From NCBI GenBank assembly GCA_035221665.1, contig CM069149.1, forward strand, positions 13,392,001 through 13,456,000: a stretch of 64,000 bases of DNA. The letters are read 5' to 3'. Source of the stretch: Okamejei kenojei (taxonomy: Eukaryota). Positions 11,786 to 24,540 of the stretch are shown here, one piece after another. How positions within the stretch are numbered: the stretch's first letter is position 1; the number at the start of each line of letters is the position of its first letter. A program made the position numbers and the translations under genes. The notes beneath the pieces were generated by a model that was given only the letters and a program-made list of their open reading frames with translations, did no database searches and was not told where the DNA came from.

Positions 11786-13974
11786 GCCCTGAGTCTGGAG
11801 CCTCTGCTCACTGTCACCCTGCATCTGCACTTACTATGTCCATGTGATGACCTATCTTACTTGCTTAAAGTATTATGGACCATACCAGGCATTTAGTGAT
11901 GGGATGTGAAGCTCCACCTCAAAACTCCTAAGAAAGTTTCACCTCATCTTTGCCCACTATACAAAATCAGAAATATTTAAAAATGTTTTTAAAAAAATCC
12001 TTAAAGTCTAAAAACACTCCACGAAAAAATAAGCTAACCAAAATAACTTTGGAAAAAAACAGCCCCATATTCCACATTAAATTCAATGTGGTCTCAGATC
12101 ATGTGCCAGATTTAATCTGGTGCTGAATCCAAGAGGTAATTCCCTAGTGCAAGTGCTGGGCAGTCTGCAAGGAGTACAGTGATCGAGTGAACTGACAAAT
12201 TCAGCATTCCAAATCTGTCAATGTGTTCAAGGGCTCTGCATTTGGCAGCCTGTCATGGGCTTGCTTCCATTTAAAGAGGTATGTTCCAGTGGTTCCATTT
12301 AAAAATGTAAGCATTTACTCACAAGACCTGGGTAAATGGCAAGTTTTGCAGCAATCTTGTTAATGTATGATTACAAGGTGGAGTTCCATTTTGTACAAAT
12401 TCCTATATTCCACAATAGCAATTAGTTATCAGTTAATTTATTTTAAAAAATCAATGCACATATCAGTACCAGATAAAAACTCCTGAAATCGACCTTCTGA
12501 GATTGTGTTTCCTGACAACTGCTTCACTGAGTCCTATTATACACAAGTCCATGGTCTCAGGCGCTTCACCCTTCAGGCTATAATAGGAAATGCGATGACA
12601 TTCAATATCGGGGCTAAAAAAAGAGAGAAAATATGGGGTTTAGTATTTGGGGTGGGTTGGACAGGGAAGACAATACAATGAATGCACCATTCAATTTTAG
12701 CTCTTTAATTAGATTTGTTATTCTTCCATTTCAACTCCCCCAACAACTATATCTTTGCACGTTTCTTTTTAAATGACAGCTTGGGATTATGTAACATGCT
12801 TAACTTTAAGAAAGATGACTGGAGGCCATCAACTGTCAAAGCCAATACTAAAGCATTTACAATAAAGAGTTAAAAGTGTTGAAATGAAAAAAAAAAATGT
12901 TTATGGAAGCTGTTTTACAATTCGTTTCACATCTGTGCAGGACAGTTGTGTGTAATCAAGGAGTGAAATATATAAGTTTGTGAAACTATGGATTTAATAG
13001 CTCTCTTAGGGTGTAAAATGATAGGGACTTCAAGCAGGTAGATATAACCAGCAAAATCTAGAAAAGAACTAGAATAATATAAACACATGGTTTTGGATAA
13101 CTTGGAAAAAATCTGTGTTGTGTTTGTGTTAATCATCTCCAGAAGAAATCCAAACTGATACTTGAAACATAAGACTTGGAGAAAGCAGTAAGGCCTGAGG
13201 CATTGGTGATCTCAAGGAGCTCTCTATGGGTCAGAGCCACTTTTCTGGCAGAGTGCAACCCCAGTTCACAGGATTGCCTCTTAGAGAACTGTAAAACAGT
13301 GCAAGAGTTGTGTTGTCAATGCTACATACCATTTTGTACATTTTTATTTTATAGTTAAATGCTTTGTCACTTGTTAAAATATAAAATTTAAAGTGAAGCC
13401 TGCACTAATTTTCCGAGCAAGCATCTACTAAGTTATGATAATAGTTTCCTGCAGGTTTATAATGTAGTCATTTGAATTTTGTTTTATATCAACCAATCAT
13501 TGTACACATGTGTGGTATCTTATCTAAAACAAATGGTAAATATTAAAAGTAATTCACAAATGAAACATGCCGACAAATGTTCTGATCTTTACACTTCCAT
13601 GTTGTTTTAAAATGTAATTCAAATGCTTTTGCACTTTATGACATCATTTGTTTCTTTTTTTATCCCACTTATAACTCAGATAAATTGTCAGAAATGTGAT
13701 CAACTTGGAAACAATGGAAGTTGTACTTCACTTTTAATAGGATTTTGACTCCTACATGTTTTAATATGCCATAATATTATAGTGACAAGAATTCAAAAGT
13801 ATTTACCACAAACACCTTGGACATATTAAAAGTAAAGTGAATAGAGCAATATGTAAACTGAAATGTTTCAATGTTAATACATTAGGAACCAAAACTCTGA
13901 GTAACATAGAGATGGTGTAATCCTATGAAATATCTCATAAAATGACCAAAAGTACTATTATACCCCTTTATCCT

Positions 13975-14095
13975 TAATGGATGAGAAAGTGGGATTACAT
14001 AGAACTAGTGTGAATGGATGATCAATGGTCATTGTGACTCAGTTGATTAAAGGTCCTGTTTCCATGCTATATCTTTAAACTAAACTTAAGCTAAC
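13975..14095 (+). mobile_element. HE1/HER1-type SINE/LINE 3' tail
   Basis: AAAGGTCCTGTTTCCATGCTATATCTTTAAACTAAACT. Confidence 0.55.
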
Positions 14096-17000
14096 CTTAA
14101 TTTAGTATGAGCGCTGTGGTCAAAAAACCTCGTGGATTGATGGTTCTCAATCTTTTTCATATTTTTTTACGATGTAGGAAAACAAACTATTGAAAAGAAA
14201 ATTGAACATTTTGACGTTCTGTGTTCATAAAATATCTTTGATTTTCTTTTATTTCCAATATTTCATGTTTGATTACGTCTCTTTGAAATATGGCAGACAA
14301 ACTGACTGAATACTACAAGATTGTTTTTTTTCTGACACTTCAGCCCCAATTCACAGATTGAGTACTTGGTGTGGATGTGATAGCAAGCAGCATGCTTACA
14401 TTAAATCACTGTGTGAGGCCTGGAGAGATATTAACTCCTGCGATTCATTACTGTATTCCACCTCTTGCCCAAATCCAATGGGAATGACTCAGCTTGGCGG
14501 GTGGAAGCAGGATTTCGGGTGGCTGAAGACCACCTCCGGGGATTCCAGTGGACAGTCTGCTGAGACAAGAGAGACACAATTTTTCTTTATGAACTGGAGA
14601 AGCACGCTTACTCTTTCGGACCCATAAGGAAATAATTATTTACTAAATTCAAATAAGCAATGTCGCTTGGGCTCTCTCGGTTCTGATCTTGATTGCTGCC
14701 GTTTTCTGGCTGCTGTGGCACTAGTTGGGATTTATTTGACTGAGAGTAGCAGGCAGATAAGGATCCTGTTCGAGTCCAAGGACTCTTACGGTCTGTATTT
14801 CTGAGACAACATTAAATTGATGCTGGCTAAGGCTGCAGTAGGAATGAGTGAGTAATCCTCTGTTTCAGCCCCTGCATTCATCTTTCTCATTGGGCATGGG
14901 GGTTAAAATCAGCCTTTTATACTGCAGCTTCCAGTTGGTGGGGACTTACACAAATGGAACATTTCCCAACGAACAGGCAAGAAATTCGTAGAGGAACAAA
15001 ATAAACAAATTTTAAGCTCCTTTGTCAATTTCAATAATGCATTGTAGACAAAGTCACTTTAAGAAACATTGCTCTTACTGTGGTATTAAAATCCATAATT
15101 GAAAACTATAAATTAAACAATAAATACTGAAAATACTATCCGCAGGATAGTCAGCAACTGTGAACAACAAAATATATATTTTTTAATGTTGAAAATATTT
15201 CAGGTTTTGATAAAAATTCTTGGACAGAAAATCTTATTTAAGTATGATGTCTGTATGTATTATTTGTTGATAATTGTGATTTTGAAGCTGTACTTTTCAT
15301 ATTAAGGAAAAAAACAAGGTAAAGTAATTAAAATACCACCTGGGAGAAAATCTGCTTAAAAGCAGGTAGTTTCATTTTAGAAAGCAAATACTTGCCAGTG
15401 TACATTTTTGCCCTACATTTTTCCTTTGAATTATGAAGCCTTGATCTCAACTGAGCTGTTAATTTTAGCGGGTTTTCTGAGGTGCCAGAGTATTTAGACT
15501 TGTTTCTAAGCTTTGTTAAAAATAAACATGGAAATCTCCCTGCAGGTGTTTTGATGGCCCCAGATCAGAGCTAGATTTCCTGTTTTGGTTACAAAAATAT
15601 GCCAAACTTCAGTTGATGGAAGTAGCTAAAAAAAAAGTCAACAACATCAATTGATTACAAAAAGGAAGATCATGTGAACTCTATTTTTTGTAACTATAAT
15701 ACATTTAACTCTGTGTCTTTATTATGTTTTCATTAATAAGGCTCAACTGCAGATCTACAATCCAAGTCCATCTTACATTCTCCTCCTCCCACTACACCAT
15801 TTGTTACATGTGGCACTTTGAAAAATGAAATGAAATGTTTTTGTAACTTTCGTATAATTTAGGCTTTTTTGTCATCTTGATTGCACAAATTAGTATTTTT
15901 ATGTAATTTTAAAAAGTTTACTCCTAAGTGAGTATAACAAGATAAAGATGCATTTATCATGCCATATGACCTGGTTGCTCAAATAATAGACATAATTATT
16001 CTGTTTGTACAAGTTTGAATGCAAGTGGTGTGTTACGTACTGAAAGTGCAACCTGGCATTCACTAGCTTTATACATCTGCTATTCTTAAAATGTTGTTAA
16101 AAGGTTCAGAATTCTTCAGAACCACTTTCAGGGATGATAATCCAGTAACTTGATTTTTTTTTAAATATACGTGAATCTTCTGCACCAACAATGTCTTGGT
16201 TGCAACCCACTTGCCGGTTAATCACGATGCCCAAAATGTTTAGTCAAGTTATTTATTTGCATGTATAAACTCATAAAGATCTTTGATTAAAAGCCATAGA
16301 AGCGTTTCTATAGGAATAAGTAATAGTGCTCTTCACAAGTATTTGAAAATGTCTTGGACAAAATGTAACCTGCAGATGACCTTGTCTTGTTTATTCAGTA
16401 GGGAGTTTTGAAGCAATGCATAGACTGTCCATTATTCTCCTTTTTGAGAAAATTAATGGCAGATGGTCTTGACCTCAATGACTGTCACTAACATAGCACT
16501 GAATGCCTTCATTCTTTAATATCACGATATTGTTTCTTCTGTGGAGATAGTGACCTCTGATTGTGCAAGATCCCCAAGAGATCTACATGATAAGCCTGCA
16601 TGCACATTTATTCATGATAGAAGTATATACTTTTGTTCAAACACTTACATTTACTAATCCGGTTGTCTTTCAAAAATTGAATTGGCATTTATTACAAATC
16701 TGAAACATTTTAATGATTTAAAGTATTTAGTTAAAAAAAAGATAAAACCAAAGCCTTATGACAGGACTTCTTTCAGTCAATTGTCTAGTTAGCTTTCAGT
16801 TAATTGCAGTTTTCTGCCACTTGTGTTTGAATTTAGAAGGGAACTAAAGTCTCAATGCCAATGACAAAATCCTGAGCTGCCACTTGTCAATTCTAAACTA
16901 TTTACTCAAATTCAGTTTTATGTGTATATATTTGTCAATTATCTGGATATATGATGGATTTGATCATGTTAATTTCATAATTTTGATCACAAAGATTCTT

Positions 17001-17643
17001 AAAAATATATAAAGGAATAGTCACTAATGGGATGCAAGCCAGATGCTATGTGTCAGTCAGCACAGTGAATAAAGGAGAGCAGAGGCCATTTATTCTTACC
17101 CATTTAAATAAAAGCAGCTTCACTTAAAACAAATCTGATAAGAATAAGACAAACTTTGATCAACATGGATTTCTGTCTTTCTCCATTTCATTTATTTGGC
17201 TGGGAAATTCTGGGGGGAAAAAAGTCCTCTTTTGATCAGAGATTTACGTCTTTAAATTTATTCTAACCACCATGCATCAAATGTCTCATCATCATCTCCC
17301 TAATAAAACATACGTTTTTTAGATATCTGCAGAATGTTGTTTTAAACATGTACAGATTAAAAATCATATAATATTATGTAAAATATGTTGGTGATATGGT
17401 GAATTACTTTTTGAGCATTTGAAAAATTCTACTTTTAAGAATGAACTGCAGTTATTTAATTTTAATACAAGGATGTCGGTAAATGATTATTTCTCAATGA
17501 AATGTCTGTTATTGGCTGTAATATGGGGATTGTGGCCAATATTTAATGTACCGCAGTTGAGCATTTAACTGTTGCTTCCAGTATTTTACTTGCACTTTAT
17601 TGTTGGAGATGGTAGTTATAATTTATTCTGTTGTTTCATTCAG

Positions 17644-17773
17644 TGCCTGAAGAACCAAGTCACCAAGACACGTCCTCAATAAAGACACTACAAACAAGTA
17701 GGGAACTAACCTATCAATGGCTCCACACACAGATTGCCAACCACGAAGAAACAAATTCCAGAAATAAGAAACA
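17644..17773 (+). CDS. LRRIQ1: LRRIQ1 coding exon (not in supplied ORF track)
   Basis: ttcattcag|TG...AAACA|gtgaga, phase 1 to phase 2. Encodes (V)PEEPSHQDTSSIKTLQTSRELTYQWLHTQIANHEETNSRNKK, similar to recalled human EEDPIHKDT..REYTYQWLHTQV. Confidence 0.92.
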
Positions 17774-18594
17774 GTGAGATCTTCTTTGTTTATGTAACAA
17801 ATTATGTGAATTTTGCTACATGACAGGGGTAAATGATAAATGCTTCCTTCACAAAGAGACAGATGATGAGGATAGATTTTCAACATAACACCAGAATATA
17901 AAAATGGCTGTGTGACAGGCTTCCTATTAATTTTCTATTATCTATTATCCTATTATCCAGGATAGACAGATTTCTCAATGTCATTTAAAATCAGACTTAT
18001 TTTATGTTAGTTGATGATCTGCAACATCATTATTGTAAAATCTGCTCCTATATTCATTGCCCACATAAACAGACTGACAGTTTCAATAAATTGTATTTTT
18101 TAACTGCTATTGATCTAGATATGTCAAATTACCTATTCAGAAATATGCTTCTCATGCAGGGGACATTGTCGCCATGACTATAATCCAACCAGGTTTTATC
18201 ATCTTTGCTTAAGTTATATTCTGGTGTAAGGTATCATGACTGCTAACCGCTTATGATTGATGAAGCTGAAATGATTTGTAGTTGATACTCTAATTTAAAC
18301 AAAATTTGGAACTTCTATAGTTGAAGACAGTTATGAATATTTTGAAAATAAAGTTGAAAATTGCCAGCCCTCAGGATGAAGCAGTTGTAGGCAAATGGAG
18401 AATGCATGAGCATTTGTTAGTGGGGGGGAAGCCGTCAGAAAATCTTGATGTCCATTGCACCTTCTGCATATTTCAAAAATAATTGTGGACTGCTTGATAC
18501 ATTACAGTGAGTGACGTACTGAAATATGCCCACATAATTTCACAGTTCCAACAGTCAATGGCCTCACAGTTATTAAGTCAACTATTGAAGTTAT

Positions 18595-19120
18595 TGAGAC
18601 ATGCAGCATGGAAACAGGTCCTTCAGCCTGTCTATGCCAGCCAAGATACCCCGTTTGCCCATTTTCATCAAAATCTTTCCTGTACATGTACCAGTCAAAA
18701 TGATTTTAAAATCCTGTTTAACTGACATACCTTACATAAATACTTACTTTGGCAGTTCATTCCATATACATATGGTTTATAGAAGTTATTCCTGAGGTTC
18801 CATTTAAATCTTTCCTCTCTCACCTATGCCCTCTAGATCTTGATTCCTTACCCTGAAGAAAGACTTGGTGCATTCAATCTATCTATGCCCCCTCATGATT
18901 TTATCAATCTCTATAAATTCATGCTTCTGTTTCCTGCGCTCCAAATAATAGTCCTAACATGCCCAAAACTCTTCCTATTGCTCATGCCCTCGAATTCTCG
19001 CAACATAATCATAAATCTTCACTGCACTCTTTTTTGTTAAATGGCATCTTTCCAATAGCAGGAGGACCAAAAATGAACACAATACTACAAACACAGCCTC
19101 ACCAATTTCTTGTGCAATTG
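18595..19120 (-). mobile_element. CR1-type LINE 3' fragment
   Basis: CAGCATGGAAACAGGTCCTTCAGCC tail plus CTATCTATGCCCCTCATGATTTTAT and CACTCTTTTT..CACAATACT segments of the CR1 ORF2 3' region in reverse orientation. Confidence 0.65.
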
Positions 19121-19125
19121 TCATG

Positions 19126-19580
19126 TGGAGGAGAGGGGGCGCTGTCCTGTACGGCTGCCAGTCCTGCAGCTGTCCGTCTTTTTTCACTTCTTTTTTATTA
19201 TTTTTAGTACGTTAAAAATGTGGAGTTGGGGGTCTAACCTTCTTATGTGTGGGGGGTGGGGGGGGAGGGGGAAACTGCTTTTTCAAGTCCCTACCTGGTC
19301 GGAGAGGCTGCCTTTCTCCAAGCGGCAACTTCCCTACTAGAGGGAACCTGGCCCGAACTTCGACTTTGGCGGCAGCACAGCGCTGGAGCGCTATCGCGGA
19401 GCCAAGCCGGCGATGCCTTGCCTGGGTCGCCGCGCTGAGTCTGCCGATTGAACATCACGGAGCTGCGGGACTGTGGAGCGGCCAGCTGCGGGCGGCGGCG
19501 CTGAACTTTTTACATCAGGAGCCTGGGATCTCTCGCAGAGATCACCAGTGGTGGAGCTCCATCCAGCGGCTTTGGAGATA
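19126..19580 (+). mobile_element. GC/CpG-rich interspersed repeat, unclassified (LINE 5'-region-like)
   Basis: Abrupt GC- and CpG-rich block inserted between a CR1 fragment and a MITE; no credible protein. Confidence 0.45.
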
Positions 19581-19599
19581 CGATGGAAAAGTTGCATCT

Positions 19600-19828
19600 C
19601 CGTCGAGGAAAGAGATAAAAAAAGTTTATGGTCGTGAGAGGTCACCCGCGACATGTCGCCAGGGGTCGCCTGTATAATCATGAGAGGTCTCCTATGGTCG
19701 TGAGAGGTCTCCAAAGATTTGTAGCATCTTTCTGGTCGCTGCTGAATTTTTAACATGTTGAAAATTTCGGCGACCTATCACGGGTGCTGGCAGTCGCCTG
19801 TAAAGGTCGCGTAAGTGGGACAGGCTCT
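19600..19828. mobile_element. PIF/Harbinger-type MITE, right end
   Basis: Ends AAGTGGGACAGGCTCT|TTA; internal GGTCGTGAGAGGTC repeats; same family as 4760 and 33983. Confidence 0.75.
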
Positions 19829-21239
19829 TTAGGGTAAAAACCTTTGACCCAAATTTTCTCTAACTCCTCTACTCAACTAGGGGGAAAACTATCGATCCTA
19901 CCTCATCCTCTCATAATTTTCAATACTTCGTTTGAGCTTTCCCACCTCAAAGGAAAACAAACTACACTATTTATTCTCTCCTCATAGCTGAAACATAGAA
20001 GGTAGTGGCAACAGTCAGGGAATATTTTTGTTTTGTTCAATGAACATTATTGAACATTCTTTAAAAGGAAGATTAATTGATTTACATGGTTGAGGGGAAA
20101 GAGTGGGGAAAAAAACAGTTTTCACTGTTTCTCTGTACAAATGACAATAATACACCAATACCAAATGGAACAAATGGGATAGTTATAGCAATTGACTTTG
20201 CCTGATGGGCCAAATGGTATCCTCCAGTGTTATTACAATTCAGAGACACTATGATTTTAATGGTTTGTGAATGTTAATTATTTTACAAGTTGATTGACTT
20301 TATTCATCTGACTTTTGTCAGGATGTCCATAGCCATTCCACCTACCCTTTAAACTCATTCCCTGCCCACCCAGGTGACAGCATAATGCTACACAGGGCCT
20401 TAACATTGGGCAAGTTGACAATTGCTAGTTATATGGTCCTCAACACACAGGTCAACCTTAAGCTCAGGCAGCTCACCATATTCAGCAAGTTCTGATCAAT
20501 TCTCCTGATAATACAATATGATTAAACTGGTGATAAATCCAATCCTTATTTTATACCACTCCAGAACTCTTCCAATGGCTTTAGAATTGAATTTATAAGT
20601 TGCCTGTGAATAAGATTAAGGGCTTGTGATTAGCTGGAGATCCAGCTTAAGAGAACATATTGTTTGAGAGAAGGCTGAGCAAACTGGCCAAGCTGGCTTC
20701 TTGGCACCAGTGCAGGTTTTGGTTGGAGGGAGAATAGAATTCTAATCTTTATAACCTAAACCCATATGTGGCACACATACCACTACTCCCAATGGGCTGT
20801 GGTGCACAATTCCCACTAATCGTGGGGTAACTGGTTATGGGAAGCTTGTAGTGTGTGCGTAAGCTGGAAATGCAAGTCTTAGACTTTGTTTTATGCTTTT
20901 GTACATCTTGGTATGCTTTTTAAAAAAATAAAACAAATGGGAAAAAAATTATGAAGTAAAACAGAAACTATGGTATTCAATTATGGTATAACAGCCCAGG
21001 TCGTGTGGCTGGACTGCTGTGTGTGGGAACATTTGCATCATAATGCTGTCTGACTGAAAATACCTGTATTAGATCATCTCTGCCTTGAATCACTCCAGCT
21101 CAGATTATTGAACTAGACAATAAGACAAGTTCAACTCGTGAGAGAGGAGAAATTATATCTGCACAGTCACCTCGGCCAAGCCTGACAAAAAGATAAAAGG
21201 TCAGAATGCTATAATGAATAGCTTACAGAACAAAGAGAG

Positions 21240-21960
21240 CTGGAGTGAGATAAAAAATAAGGAGCTGGAGTGACCCAACAGACACGATGTACCCACTCTC
21301 TATGAAGATAAGGACTAAGAGTATCAAAATCACAGCCAGAATACTGATCACAGCATCTTGGAATTGAAGGTTACCCAGAATAGGAAAAACACAGAAATTG
21401 TGATGTTGTGATCCTGGAGGATATGCAATATCCTTCAGAAATAGGTTTGAGAAGCTGTGGTTTGTTGCCCCCCTGATGTCAGGATAAGGAACACCACAAA
21501 CCCAGTTTGAAAAGATTATGGTGATGGTGGTTATTGTGGCTCTGTTGGAACCCAAAACACAGGGAAGAGTATGTGCAAAATCCTGTTCAATTAATACCGA
21601 GTGCTAATGGTTACGTTTGAGGACAGGATCCCAGGTGATATAGCATCTAAATTATACTCAAGTCAAGGGTTATTATTAATGTTGAGGCAGCAGATTACAA
21701 AACTGAACATTCAGTTGTCGGATTGCTGTAAGGATTATTGTTTCTGTTTCTGGCCAAAATAGAATTGAAACTTTAGGTACAACTCGTGAATTGCAATGAG
21801 CCCAATATCCAAGTGGAAAGGGTTAATATGGTGCTCACAAGAAATTTAAACCTGTATATTTTGAAGGAAGGTGAAGTATTGATAGATTAAAGATAGCATG
21901 GGTTGGAGGGCTCAGCTGGAAAGACTACCAAGACAATCGGGACTAAGTAGGCTAGGCTTG
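21240..21960 (+). mobile_element. Highly degenerate CR1-type LINE (endonuclease-region remnant)
   Basis: GTTGTGATCCTGGAGGATATGCAATATCCT encodes VVILEDMQYP, resembling the APE motif VVIMGDFNYP. Confidence 0.4.
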
Positions 21961-21961
21961 G

Positions 21962-23035
21962 TATTAAGTTTATTATTTTACATGTACCAGTGTACAGTGA
22001 AAAGCTTTGTTTTACATGCTACCCAAACAGAACAATTATACTGTAGATAGATAACAATCAGTTCAAACTCAAGTACAATCGAGAGAGCAAAGCGGAAGAT
22101 CTTCTTATCGAGTCCCTTACAGGATTAGAAGTTGTTCAGCCAGAGCTGAACACACTTCTCGGCATCTGCACAATGGTGTTTGTCTTGCGCTTCTTGTGCT
22201 TCTTGTGTGTAGTGGTGGAAACAGGGCCATGACGTGAAAGCTCTTTCCTTGACCGCAAAGGGGAAGATACAGAGTGCAGAATATAGCTCATAGTTTTGTA
22301 ACGCATTGTAGTGCATCAAGTCGTTGGACAAAGTCAAATATCCTTAATGGGGTAAAGATGAACTGAACATTACCCTAGCTTATGGAAGGACTGTTCAGAA
22401 GCCTGATAATGAAGGGGAAGAAGCTGTTTTTATGGTGCATGCTTTCAAGCTTCTGTACCTTCTGCCAAATGGAAGTAGGGAGAAGAAGGAATGACTGAGG
22501 TGGGATTGATTGTTGAAAGCTTTTCTGAGGTAGCATGATGTGTAGAGTCAATGGTAGGAAGTTTGGGCTGTGTGATGACTGGACTATATCTATAACTCTG
22601 CAATTTCTTGCGGTCTTGAGCAGACCTATTTGCAAACCAAGCTGTGATACAACGTGACAGTATGCTTTCTGTGGTGCATCTGTAGAAGTTTGGAAGAGTC
22701 ACTGGAGACATGCCAAATTCTTCTGTCTCCTCAGGAAGTATAGGTGTCGGTGTGCCTTCTTAGTTGTCGAATTAATGTGGTTAGTCCACGACAGGTTGTA
22801 ATGTTAATGCCAAAGAACGTGAAGCTCTCAAACAGTTCCACATCTGCACTATTGATGCTATTGGGGCATGTTGTCCGCCATGCTACATCAAGTCAATAAC
22901 TAGCTCCTTGAACTTGCTCGCATTGAGGGGAGACTATTGTCCTGACACCATGTCATTAAGTTCTCTATTTTCTTCATGTACTCCGTCTCATAATTGTTTG
23001 TGATTTGGCCCATGACAATGGTGTCAATAGCAAAG
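21962..23035 (-). mobile_element. Rex1/Babar-type LINE 3' fragment (RT C-terminus plus 3' UTR)
   Basis: Minus-strand translation NFYRCTTESILSRCITAWFANRSAQDRKKLQ matches the Rex1 motif FYRCTIESILT.CITAWYGN; frameshifted. Confidence 0.8.
22101..22254 (-). mobile_element. Short 5'-truncated non-LTR insertion (AAG tail) nested in the Rex1 3' UTR
   Basis: Flanked by GCAAAGCGGAAGAT / GCAAAGGGGAAGAT (22087-22100, 22255-22268); the minus strand ends ...GACTCGATAAGAAG. Confidence 0.65.
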
Positions 23036-23184
23036 GAAAATTGTATGAGGAGCAACCTTAGTACTAGCACTGCTGTAACATGATAGTTGCATTCCTAAAG
23101 CCCTTGCATTCTCGAAAATCGCAATATATTTTTTTATCCAAAATTCATCAATTGACATGATAGCAGAACAGTCTGAAATTAAAG

Positions 23185-23720
23185 ATCAAATTATCCTTTT
23201 AATAAACGATATATTTACAGTAAAATATTGACTGGAGACCACAGGCATAATTAAAAATTGGGAGCGATTTAATAGAGAGTATATATTAAGAATATTATTG
23301 GCTCTCGGGTTAAGAATGTGAAGGTGCAGAATGCAAAGAGCAGAGGTAAGTAGCTTAAGTAGAAAAAGACAGAAAACGGCAGACAATCCATCACGGCACC
23401 TCCGACTCACGACCGACCGAGGCACCACCCCACTGTTGGGCCAGCCACAGCCTGACCGCATGGGCAGCCGGGGATTGGCGTAATCCGCTCCGGCAAGGAG
23501 CAGACAGACGTCGTTTGGCATCTGCCCCAGGTAGGCCTACTCGATCGGGAGGCAGGGCCGGTGGCCATCAATCAAGGCCTGGATCACGTCCTGCTGAGAC
23601 CAGTCACAGGCGGGGGTTGAGCGACCCGATCGCGCCTGCGGAGACCACAGATAAGTTACTGTAGTGCGTGAAGGCTGTCGCCGGCAGCATCATGCTGCAG
23701 CGCGGTGTTGGCAGTGGTGG
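23185..23720 (-). mobile_element. GC-rich retroelement fragment, unclassified
   Basis: CpG-rich block with an AT-rich tail-like segment at 23185-23360; no intact ORF. Confidence 0.35.
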
Positions 23721-24029
23721 ACCATTTTGGACAGATGGGGTCACCAATGTAGAGACACCAAACGTTGTGAATAAACGGTTTCTTCATTGAGGCATTATAG
23801 GTCAGGTATACATGCACGTTTGGTACTCTAACACAAAAGTTATTGTTGCTGCTGCGAGGCACATCTGTTGACTAGTGATCTCGAGGTGAGTTTCTGCTGA
23901 TGTGGCAGGACATTACCCTTAACTCATGACATCACTTTCCTGCCAAAGCCTGTCACGTGACAGTGCCCGTTCTGATGACGAGGGTTCGACCAGTATGTGG
24001 CCTGATCACCATGTGGCGCCACAATGTCA

Positions 24030-24540
24030 AATATCTTTACAGAAACAATGTAGAGGCTTTGGAGGTGGTGCAGAAGACATTTATCAGAATGCTGCCTGGA
24101 TTAGAGGCCATTCGCTATAAAGAGAGATTGGACAGACTTGGATTATTTTCTCTGGAACACCAGAATTGAGGAGCGACCTGATAAAAGTATATCAAATTAT
24201 GAGAGGCATAGGGTAGATGGTCAGTACCTTTTTGTCAGGGTGTCAATCTCAAAGACTAGAGGGTATAGCTTTAAGATGAAAGGGGAAGTTTAAAAGAGAT
24301 GTGCAGGCCAAGCTTTTTAGAGGGTGCTGGGCACCTGAATCACACTGCCATGTTTAGTGATGGCAGCAGATACAATAGTGGTGTTTAAAAGGCTTCGAGT
24401 TGGGCAAATGAATATGCGGGGAATGGATGAGTATGGAATTACGTGTAGGCAGATGAGATTCATTTATCTTGGCGTCTTGTTCGGCATAGACATTGTGGGC
24501 CAAAGGGCTTGTTCCATGCTGTATTTATCTATGTTCTATA
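24030..24540 (+). mobile_element. CR1-type LINE 3' fragment
   Basis: Encodes ALEVVQKTFIRMLPGLEAIRYKERLDRLGLFSLE (CR1 ORF2 C-terminus), then 3' UTR and a TATGTTCTAT tail. Confidence 0.85.

Noticed and set aside
19110-19756. Overlapping 60-140 aa ORFs
   Set aside because: Stop-poor GC-rich repeat sequence; no recognisable protein.
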